A stretch of 47,869 nucleotides of DNA, filler included, from Jimgerdemannia flammicorona (taxonomy: Eukaryota): NCBI GenBank assembly GCA_003990765.1. It is 2 parts of 2 records of this genome, joined end to end, with 100 filler letters (N's around TTAATTAATTAA, not from the genome) between each part and the next. Parts side by side here need not be neighbours in the genome. Positions count along the whole stretch, not along the records: positions 23,986 to 47,869 come from RBNJ01001049.1; 1 more part is not named here. One strand, 5' to 3'. Below are positions 37,498-47,869 of the stretch, piece by piece (position 1 is the stretch's first letter; each line of letters starts with the position of its first letter). Position numbers and translations under genes: made by a program. Below the pieces are notes generated by a model that searched no databases, was not told the origin of the DNA, and saw only the letters and a list, made by a program, of their open reading frames with translations.

Positions 37498-38541
37498 TAT
37501 TGTCTTTAATTCTGTCCTCCATCCCCTTTGTGCATGCAACCCTTTTCATTTATTATGGGTGATTATGTATTTATTTATTTTGCATATTTTTCACTTATTT
37601 TTTTATTTTTTCGATACAAATCCAATCTCATACTCTCAATTATCTGTCGTAAGCTTTCGCATTCATGTTCCAAGAATTTGCGCCCAAGTCGCAATCATTA
37701 TATTCATTGATAATACTCCTCCTTTCCAAGTGTCGAAATGTAACAAATACTTGGTGATGGCGCAAATTTCTATTATCATCCCAGCTAATGTGCATCTTAC
37801 ACAATTGCGAAAACACATGCCATAGGTAGTCCAGAATTGGCCATGAACGTCGACTTATATATATGTCCCTTCACGCTCAATGAAATCGGCCGGTTGGACC
37901 TCAACTTCATTTCTTTGAAACAATTAATCTAAGTCGCAAATTGGACTTCTTGAGATTAGGCAGGGCACCCGGTGAATCGGTGAGACAGGATAGTTCTGTG
38001 TGTGTGACTGAGACAGGGGTAAGACCGCAGCTACTGGAAATTTGCTGTTGTAACTGATCTATGGCCGAAGTGATATATCGTCGTATTGGGTAAAAGATCA
38101 GTATTTTCTTTAACTCTTCGTTTATATCTTGGCTGATTGATAAGTATTGTATGGATGTGTGCGTATTTACTCTTATCTGTATTTTTTTTCTTAATGACTG
38201 GAACAACGTATATGCATAGGCTCTTCGACATTTTCCACGTGTTCCCAAGTCACGGTCGTTATATATTTCAGCGATAATTTTCACAAGAAGCTTGGCAATT
38301 ACAAAAGGTGAAATCATAATTCGGAAACACAAACGAGTGTCACTTTCTTTTGGCATTTGGCACTCCTCGTTCAGAGCAGGAGGTAATTCACGAGGTTTTA
38401 GTGCTCTTACTATTGAGCCTTCTGGAGTGACACACCCATGACGTTAGCGGTCTGCTCGTCGAATAGAAGTTTCTAAATCACTACACCACAGTTCAACACG
38501 ACTTTGAATCGACAAGTAGTAACCAAAAACTAAACACAGTC

Positions 38542-40015
38542 ATGCAATCCAACGGTGGGCTTAGCCTCAAGGATGACATCGCCTCCATATGGACAGACAC
38601 CACCTACCACGATGTAACCATTGTCTGCGCTGATGGCGTCGAGCTTGGCGCTTGCCGTGCTGTACTAGCTGCAAGGTGTGTTCGATTGTGTTTCATGGTT
38701 TATAGATTTATCTTATATTAATTCATGTCATATGGTCCCAAAGATGCGCCGTTTTCAAGGAAATGCTTTACGGAAACATGCAAGAGAGCGCCCCCCAGCG
38801 AGTCGTCCTCAACGATATCAACTCTGCGGCGCTCACTGTCGTCCTCGGTTTCATCCACACCGAATCGATTGGCGACACCACCATCACCATTGCGGTGGAC
38901 ATCTACTGCGCAGCAAGCTTCCTTCTTCTCCCAAAGCTTATGGAAATGGTGCTGGAACGTGCCCAAGACATTTCCGACTTTGGTGTCTCCTCCCATCCCA
39001 TGGAGTGAGACTAGCAAGGATCTCTACGCCGTGCTCCTCAATCCCTTCCACGCTCGCAAGCTCGCCATTGGAGAGTTGACAGATCTCTCTAAAGAGGCGA
39101 TCGACCTGCTCTTCACTGTACCCTTGGCGGCTAACTTTGTCACTCCCGAATATAACCTGCTGCTGTGCATCGTCGACTGGATCTGGGCACATGCCGAAGA
39201 GCCGGGACCCGACGATACGGAGCGTTACAATGTCTTGCGTGATGTTGCCAGTATGGTTCCGGGATACGAGGGAAAAATTCGGCTGAAAAATGACTTGTTG
39301 TTGAACATGATGAGACATGTAGATTTCACCCTTGTGTGCCCGCAGTCTCACGGAGGCGGTTGATGGGTTCGCGGAGACGTCTTCGTACTACATGGCTTCT
39401 TGTCAACACGCATGGAAGAATGCCATATGCCCAACGGGGCACCCGTCTGCGTATCGAGGAAGCCAGGATGTCCAGTGGGATAGATCGAAGGTTGGTTCGC
39501 ACGTTGTCGTTTCCGAAGACGGCAAGGTCGTGGAGCTTCCTGCCGGAAGTCCGACGTCCGTGTGGCAGACAGCGCGGATCTCCGTCCCCGGGATGACAAC
39601 TAAGGAGGGACTGTGTGAATGGGCCGTAGTGGTCGAGTCCGTTGCATTTTTTGGGGGAGCGGCCATCACCGAAATCGGGTTAGTAGGGGAGGAGTTCACA
39701 GGCTTCAATTCCCACATGGTAAACAAAGCATCGGCGTGGATGTTTCAGTCGTGGGACAATCATCGGAGGGTACTGGAGCAGGGAGATGCCCGCGACTATG
39801 GCGCCATTCTTCGGAGTGGCGATGTAGTGACTTTTCATCTGGATGTAGGCAACCATACTTGCGCCCTTTCCGTCAATGGGATTAACCACGGGATTGCATG
39901 GACCAATCTTCCGGAGAAAGTGTACCCTGTCGTGACTTTGGGGGTTCAATCCAAATATCGGATAAAAGAGTGTTATACATACACACTGATAGCATTCCGT
40001 TTCCAAGTGGTATAA
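38542..40015 (+). pseudogene. BTB-SPRY paralogue G, two frameshifts
   Basis: First ATG changed to ACA and intron at 38676-38743. Deletions near 38990 and 39345 split the coding region across ORFs 38763, 38725 and 39332. Confidence 0.9.
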
Positions 40016-40834
40016 ATGTAAGAAATATTTGGGCACATAAATATATGATAGCATAAATTTCTATTAGCATTTTCATCCTACAAATTGCGATAATGGGTCC
40101 ATGTGACATCAAACTTCTTAGTTTAGTTTCCAGTTTCGGTATCAATAGTTAGTGCCGTTTCATCCTAGTGACTTAGCAATTAGCCATTCGTAACTTCACA
40201 ACTCTGTTGCATCCCTCCCGCCCATCCCTTGTGGTCTCGAGGTGAAATAAATGGCCCCTTCGCATACGACGGTCCTTGGAAGCACATACGCTTCCATACA
40301 GCCAAATCCATTACTTTACGGTATACGAATAAAACTTCACGCGAAAGGACACTTTACAATATCACATCTCAAAAAAACAAAAACAAAAAACAAAAGAATG
40401 TGTTTGGATTTGAGCTTCTCGACCACAACCTACGGTGTATTTTTGAGTCGTACACTGATTTCTTGTACGTTGCATATGACCACGTGACTATATAACGTTT
40501 CAATCACCCCCGAAAAAGTCAGATCTTAGAGCCGCGGATTCGTTCCTTGAATGTATTTACGTGGATTCCCAATAATTCCGATTCTTCCGAGAATGTTCTT
40601 ATTATCAACGATGAGCGTGCATTTTTCCCATCTAATACTGCCCCTACGTAAGCGTGCTGCATAAGCCCATGCGTGTAAGCCTACATCACGAGGTATGCGC
40701 AAGCTATTTCAGTTTGCATGGAGCAGTTTCAGCTTGCGTAGAGCACGTTCCTAGTCTTCATTCCACAAGGCTTGGCCGCGTCAATTTTGAAACACCTAGT
40801 AATTAAACAGTTCAACACGTCTATGAAGTTAAAC

Positions 40835-42192
40835 ATGGTCGTGCAATCCGACAGTGGTCTTAGCCTCATGGATGCATTGCCTCCGTGTGGACAGACACGC
40901 TTACCACCACCGTCTGCGCTGATGGCATCGAGCTTGGCGCTTTCCGTGCAAGATGTATTCGATCGCTCTTGATTGTGTTTCATAGTTTATAGATCTTCTC
41001 ATATTAATTCATGTCATATGGTCCCAAAGATGCGTCGTTTTCAAGGCAATGCTGCACAAGAGAGCATCTCATCTACACCGAATTGATCGACGACACCACC
41101 TTCACTATCGTGGTGGATATTTACCACGCAGCGAGCTTCCTTCTCCTCCCAAAGCTCATGGCACTGGTACTTGAGCGTGCTTAAGACATTTCTGACTTTG
41201 GCGTCTCCTCAACCAGGCCGCCTCCATCCCATGAAGTGATACCAACAAGGACCTCTATGCCGTGCTCCTCAAGCCCTTCTACGCTCGCAAGCCTGTCATT
41301 GGAGCGTTGACAGACTTATCCAAAGAGGCTATTGACCTGCTCTTTATTGTACTCTGTGCGACTTACTTCGTCACTTCCGAATACAACCTGCTTCTGTGTA
41401 TCGTCAACTGGGTCTGGGCACATGTCGAAGGGCCGGGACCCGACGTTACGGAGCATCACAATGTCTTGCGTGACGTTTCTGGCATGGCTCCGGGATGCGA
41501 AGGAAATATTTGGCTGGGAAATGACTTGTTGAACATGATGAGGCATATAGATTTCACCTGTGTGCCCGCATCGCTTAAAGAGTCTCACGGAGGTTTGCGG
41601 AGACGTCTCCGCATTTTGTCAACACGCATGAACGAATACTATGTGTCCTACGGGACACCCGTCTGGGTATCGAGGAAGCCAAGATCTTCAGTGGGATAGA
41701 TAGAAGGTTGGTTCACACGTTGTAGTTTCCGAAGACGGCAAGGTCGTGGAGCTTTCCGTCGGGACCCCGGCGTACGTGATACAGATGACGCGGATCTTCG
41801 TTCTCAGGACGACGACACAGGACGGGGACGTAGTGGCCGAGTCCGTTGGATTGCGTGAGGGGATGTGGGGTATCTAAACCCCTCAGCGAGATCGGGTTGG
41901 TGGGTGAGGATTTCACTGACTTCGATTCCGACGAGCTCGGTATGGCTATCTCAGTCTTGTGGGGACGATAGTTCGGCGATACCGAAGCTGACCGAGAACA
42001 GAACAGAGACAATGGCGTCACAGTTCGGAGTGGCGATGTAGTGACTTTGCATCTAGATCAAAGTAACCATATTTACGCCTTTTCTATCAATGGGATTAAC
42101 CACGGGATTGCATGAATCGACCTTCCAGAGAAATTGTATCCTGCCGTGGCTTTGAGCTTTCAATCCGAGTATCAGGTAAGCATACATATAGT
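40835..42192 (+). pseudogene. BTB-SPRY paralogue H, highly degraded
   Basis: Colinear with the family but has many deletions and stop codons. Confidence 0.88.
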
Positions 42193-42834
42193 ATCGCCTT
42201 TAATTTCTTCTCTCCTCTTCGTTCATTTCTTACTTGATTAACATATATTGTACATATTTGTGTGTATTTATCCTTTCATATTTGTCATTACTATAATTAT
42301 GACAATCCTTTCAAAACTAAAAATTTTAGTTCACATTTTTACGCTTAGTTGCCTCCTTTTAAAATTTCGTAACTTCCTCGTTACTGATAATGCCTAAAAA
42401 GATTGGGGCCGTTCTATAGAAACGGCTGAATGACGCACAACAACGCTTTGGCAATTTCATGTACGTTCAAGTCGCAATCGCCGTATTCATTAGTAATATT
42501 GCAATAATAGTTTTCATACATTTACCCAGTTCCGAGTGGCGTAAATGTAATAAATACTATAAATTGCATCCTACAGCAATTCCGAAAACATGATTATAGG
42601 CTATCGTTCGGAACCACAGATTAATGTCGCACTGAGTAATATATATATATATTGGCGATTCGTACTCCTCGTTTAGAGCCAGAATATGGGGTTTTAGTGC
42701 TTTTTCTGTCGATGACGTTTAGCGGTCTGCTTCGACGTCAATGTCTAAGCCTCCGATGTTACATAAACGTCGCTAAGATCTAAGATACAAGGTACTGCGC
42801 CACACTCCAACACGTCTTTGAATCGACAATAAAT

Positions 42835-44345
42835 ATGGTCGTGCAATCCAACCATGGTCTTAGTCTCATAGATGACATCGCCTCCATATGGACAGACACC
42901 GCCTACCACGATGTAACCATAGTCTGCGCTGATGGCGTCGAGCTTGGCGCATGCCGTGCTGTACTGGCTGCAAGGTGTGTTTGATCGTTTCTTTATTGGG
43001 TTCTTGGTTTATAGATCTATCTCATATTAATTCATTCATATGGCCCAAAAGGTGCGCCGTTTTCAAGGCAATGCTGTACGGGAACATGCAAGAGAGCATC
43101 TCCCAGCGAGTCGTCCTCCACGACATCAACTCTGCTGCGCTCACTGTCGTCCTCGGCTTCATCTACACCGAATCGATCGACAACATCACCATCACCATCG
43201 CGGTGGATATTTACCGCGCAGCGAGCTTCCTTCTCCTCCCAAAGCTTATAGCGATGGTGCTGGAGCGCGCCCAAGACATCTCCGATTTTGGCGTCTCCTC
43301 GTCCATTCTCAACGAGGCCGCCGCCTCCATCCCATGGAGTGAGGCCAGCAAGGACCTCTATACTGTGCTCCTCAATCCCTTCTACACACGCAAGCTCGCC
43401 ATAGGAGAGTTGACAGACCTCTCCAAAGAGTCGATCGACCTGCTCTTCACTGCATCCTTGGCGAATACCTTCGTCACTCAGGAACACGACCTGCTTCTGT
43501 GTGTCGTCGACTGGGTCTGGGCGCATGCCAAAGAGCCGGGACCCGACGTTGCGGAGCGTCACGATGTCTTGCGTGATGTTGCCAATATGGTTCCGGAATG
43601 CGAGAGAAAAATTCGGCTGGGAAATGACTCGTTGCTGAACATGATGAGGTATGTGGACCTCACCCTTGTGTGCCCGCATCGCCTGAAGATCCTCACGGAG
43701 GCGGTCGAAGGATTTGCGGAGACGTCTCCGCACTATATGGCCTTTTGTCATCACGCATGCAAAAACACCGTGTGTCCAACGGAGCACCCATCCGGGTATC
43801 GCAGACATCAAGATCTCCAGTGGGATCGATCTAAGATCGGCTCGCGAGTTGTCGTTTCAGACGACGGCAAGATCGTGGAGATCCCTGTCGGGACACCGGC
43901 GTCCGCGAGGCAGACAGCGCGGATCTCCGTCCCCGGGACGACGACTCAGGAAGGACTGTGCGAATGGGACATAGAGATCGAGTCTGTTGGATTAAATAAT
44001 GGGAATGTGTCTCAGCCCTTAAGCGAGATCGGGTTGGTGAGCGAGGAGTTCACTGGCTTCGATTCCCACATGGATAACAAGGTATCGGCGTGGGTATTTC
44101 AGTCTTGGAAGGACAATTATCGGAAGGTATTCGGGCCGAAAGAAACTCGCGACTATGGCGTCATTCTTCGGAGTGGCGATGTAGTGACTTTGCATCTGGA
44201 TAAAAGCAACCATACTTGCGCCCTTTCCGTCAATGGGATTAACCACGGGATTGCATGGACCCACCTTCCAGAGAAAGTGTATCCTGCCGTGACTTTGAGC
44301 GTTCAATCCAAATATCGGATTAAAGATCGTCATACGTACATATAG
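42835..44345 (+). CDS. BTB/POZ-(BACK-like)-SPRY protein I, intact, 477 aa; exons 42835-42974 and 43052-44345
   Basis: A 77-bp GT-AG intron gives an open 1434-nt frame with all family motifs. Confidence 0.9.
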
Positions 44346-44756
44346 TGTTGTTTTTATTATTTGTCTCCCCTCTTTGTTCCTTTCTTAGTTTATCGACATG
44401 AATTTTATAGATTTGTGTGCATTTACCCTTCCATATTTATTATTGTTATTACCATTACAACCCTTTCAGTGCAAAGAGATTTTAGTTCACATTTTTGCGC
44501 TCAATTGCCTACTTTTAACCTTTCGCAATTTGGTCGTCACCGAGACGTTCTTTAAGAAAAGATGAATGACGCACAAAAACTCTTCGGCAATTTCAAGGGG
44601 TAATCGTTGTATTCATCAATAATATTATAGCGATAGTTTTCACAAGTTATTCCGTTTCCAAGTGGCATGACTTTAGGTAATACTTGGGCACATAAACGAA
44701 CTGGGTAACTGCGAAACCAAATGATTATAAATGAAATCGTGAGAGTCGCACTGTGT

Positions 44757-44817
44757 TATTTATTTTATTTTATTATTTTATTTTATTTTATTTTATTTTA
44801 TTTTATTTTATTTTATT
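44757..44817. repeat. (TTTTA)n microsatellite
   Basis: Seen directly. Confidence 0.9.
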
Positions 44818-44949
44818 GGCATTTGGTACTCGTCCAGAGGTTTAAATGCTTTTGAGCGACTCGCCGGTGACGTTAGTTAATTATCTGCTCGTCGAAGAAG
44901 TGTCATTACAACAGAAAATTGAATCTGCGCCACAGTTCAACACTTTGAG

Positions 44950-46411
44950 TACAGTGGTCCTAGCCTAAAGGATGACATCGCTTCCATATGGACAGACACC
45001 ACCTATCACGATGTGACCATCGTCTGCGCTGATGGCGTCGAGCTTGGCGCATGCCGTGCTGTACTGGCTGCAAGGTATGTTTGATCGTTTCTTTATTGTG
45101 TTTTATGGTTAATAGATCTATCTCATATTAATTCATTCGTATGTCTCAAAAGGTGCGCCGTTTTCAAGGCAATGCTCTACGGAAACATGCAAGCATCTCC
45201 CAGCGAGTCGTCCTCCATGACATCAACTCCGCTGCGCTCACCGTTGTCCTCGCTTCATCTACACCGAATCGATCGACGACACCGCCATCACCATCGCAGT
45301 GGATATTTATCGCGCAGCAAGCTTCCTTCTCCTCCCAAAGCTCATGGCAATGGTGCTGGAGCGCGCCCAAGACACTTCCGACTTTGGCGTCTCCTCGTCC
45401 ATTCTCAACGAGGCCGCCGCCTCCATCCCGTAGAGTGAGGCCAGCAAGGACCTCTATACTGTGCTCCTCAATCCCTTCTACACACGCAAGCTCGCCATAG
45501 GAGAGTCGACAAACCTCTCCAAAGAGGCGATCGACCTGCTCTTCACTGCATCCTTGACGAATACCTTCGTCACTCAGGAACACGACCTGCTTCTGTGTGT
45601 CGTCGACTGGGTCTGGGCACATGCGGAGCGTCATGAATTCTTGCGTGATGTTTGCCAGTATGATTTCAGGAAGCGAGGGCAAAATTCGGCTGGGAAATGA
45701 CTCGTTGTTGAACATGATGAAGTATGTGGATCTCACTCTTGTGTGCCCGCATCGACTGAAGATCCTTATGGAGGCGGTCGATGGGTTTGCCGAAACGTCT
45801 CAGTACTATATGGCCTTTTGTCACCAAGCATGCAAGAATACCGTGTGCTCAACGGGCACCCGTCCAGGTCTCGCAGACTTCAAGACCTCCAGTGGGATCA
45901 ATCTAAAATCGGCTCGCGTGTTATCGTCTCAGAAAACGGCAAGGTCGTGGAAGTTCCTATCGATATGCCAGTGTCCGTGTGGCAGACTGCGCGGATCTCA
46001 ATTCCCGGGATGACAACTACGGAGGGGCTGTGCAAATGGGACGTAGTGGTCGAGTCCATTGGAAATAACGAGACTGGGGAACCCTTTTGCCAGATTGGGT
46101 TGGTGGACGAAGGGTACACTGGCTTTGATACCTTAATGTTTGGCGCGAGATCGGCATGGGTATTCGATTCTTGGAAGGACAATTATCGGAAGGTATCAGG
46201 GCAGGGAAAGCTCCGCGACTATGGCATCACTCTTCGTCGTGGTGATGTAGTGACTTTGCATCTAGATAAAAACAACCATACTTGCGCCTTCTCTATCAAT
46301 GGGATTAACCACGGGATTGCATGGACCAACGTTCCGGAAAAGGTGTATCCTGCTGTGACTTTGAGAGCTCACTTCAAGTATCGGATAAAAGATCGCCATA
46401 CTTATATATAA
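44950..46411 (+). pseudogene. BTB-SPRY paralogue J, start lost and frameshifted, SPRY frame still open
   Basis: The first codons are deleted, TGG>TAG at 45431, and there are several small indels. The SPRY part is intact within ORF 45743..46411. Confidence 0.9.
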
Positions 46412-47070
46412 TTGTCTTTAATATTTGTCTACTCTCTTTGTTCACTTCTTAGCTGATTGACATGTATTGTATGTATTCTTTCCTGTCTATTTTTTATTAT
46501 TCATTTAACACAGAGGTCCCATTTTTGCGTTCTCACAATTTGGTCGTCACTGATAATGCTTAAAAAGATCGGGGACCTTCTATAGGAATGTCTGAACGAC
46601 GCACAAAGCTCTTCCGCAATTTACACATGCCATCGTTGTATTCATCGGTAATATTGCAGCAATAGTTTTCACAAATTTCTCTGTTTCAAAGTGGCACACG
46701 AAAGAATCTTGGTTATATGACAATATGAATTTTACTATCATTTACATCCTACAACGATTTCCGAAAGAAAACACATGATTATAGGTGAAATCATGGCTAT
46801 AGTTCAGAACTACACTTTTTTTTTTTAGCATTAGCATTCGCATTTCGCCTTTCGCATTTCGTATTTGGCATTTGGCACTCCTATTTCAGAGCCAGGATAT
46901 GGTATTTCATGAGGTTTTAGTGCTTTTGCTATTGAGCGACTCGCCGATGTCGTTAGAGGTAAGAGATGGCACTGGCTGGGTATCCTCTGTTGAAGATCAG
47001 CCTAACCACGCCACAGTTCAACATGTCCTTGAATCGTCAACCCTAACAGCAGCGCCATCAGACACTAGAC

Positions 47071-47480
47071 ATGGTCGTGTAAGATCGTCTCCGAAGAGGT
47101 CGCTATGGGCGGCTACCTTCAGCACTCCCGAATACAACCAGCTGCTGTGCGCCATCGACTGGGCGCATGCCAAAGAGCCGGGGCCCGACGTTGTAGAGAG
47201 CATCATGATGTCTTGTGTAATGTCAACAGTATGGTTCCGGAATGCGAGGACAAAATTGAGCTGAGAATTTGATGAGTCGTGGGGACCTCACCCTTGTGTG
47301 CCCGCATCGCCTAAAGATCCTCACGGAAGTGGTCCGTACTACATGGCCTTTTGTCAACGCATGCCAAAACAGGATCTAAGGTTGGCTCGTGCGTTGTCTC
47401 ATATGACAGCAAGGTCGTGGAGCTTTCTATTGGAACTCTGCCCAGGACGACGACTACCAGAGGCGTCCTATGGACGACAA
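47071..47480 (+). pseudogene. BTB-SPRY remnant K with large internal deletions
   Basis: Begins ATGGTCGTG, followed by fragments TPEYNQLLCAIDWAHAKEPGPDV, LTLVCPHRLKILTE and KVVELSIGT. Confidence 0.8.
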
Positions 47481-47869
47481 AGGTATGTGTGTGTATCCCA
47501 ACATTGTTTATTTGTGCACTTCTCCCGACTTTGGCCGACGAATTTGTTTCGCCCCCCACCCCCCTTTGACCAACCATATTCCTTGGCGGGCAGATAGGCA
47601 GACATTCCACGCGACCACGTTGGTTACACACTGCACATTGCTAAGACGACCCTCTCCCTAGATAGTCCTGACCAATTTTGGGATGAGATACACGGCTCCG
47701 ATGCATGAACGCTTTTGCCCCATCCATGTCAACCACGTTTGGCTGGTCGTAGTTTCATGTCCATTTTTGATTGGTGTAATTGACAGAACTTCAGCGAGGC
47801 CTAGCTGGCAACAGGTAAAAAGATGGCTCTAGGTTTTTTTTTTTCTTTTTTTTCTTTTTTTTTTTTTTT

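Noticed and set aside
37907..38356. 149-aa minus-strand ORF in a spacer
   Set aside because: AT-rich, no recognisable motif, and codon usage unlike the neighbouring genes, so it is unsupported.
43032..43811. Long antisense ORFs repeated across paralogues (e.g. 259 aa here)
   Set aside because: These are shadow frames of GC-rich coding sequence, with inconsistent starts and stops between copies.
15848..47480. RT next to variable-domain genes as a diversity-generating retroelement
   Set aside because: The RTs are ordinary dead LINE and gypsy enzymes on a different contig. No template/variable repeat pair with adenine-specific differences is seen, and the variation includes indels.

Overview
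Eukaryotic, most likely fungal, DNA: short GT-AG introns, Ty3/gypsy and L1/Tx1 elements, and a BTB gene expansion. An early-diverging lineage such as Mucoromycota is a guess only. Two unrelated contigs are joined at 23886-23985 by an artificial N44-TTAATTAATTAA-N44 spacer. The left contig (1-23885) is a nested transposon graveyard with strong C>T decay. It holds three pieces of a Ty3/gypsy family with gag-dUTPase-protease-RT order and an extra ORF before the 3' LTR, a stack of L1/Tx1-type LINEs inserted into one another (two with clear TSDs, one full length), and a probable hAT-like DNA element end. The right contig (23986-47869) is a tandem array of 11 paralogues of a two-exon BTB/POZ-(BACK-like)-SPRY/B30.2 gene: 4 intact, 5 pseudogenes and 2 deleted remnants. 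The paralogues are arranged divergently around an orphan 160-aa gene. The BTB part is conserved while discrete SPRY loops are hypervariable, and one copy is a recombinant. This pattern suggests a diversifying Cullin-3 substrate-receptor repertoire, possibly for non-self recognition. Domain calls come from motifs recognised by eye, not from searches.
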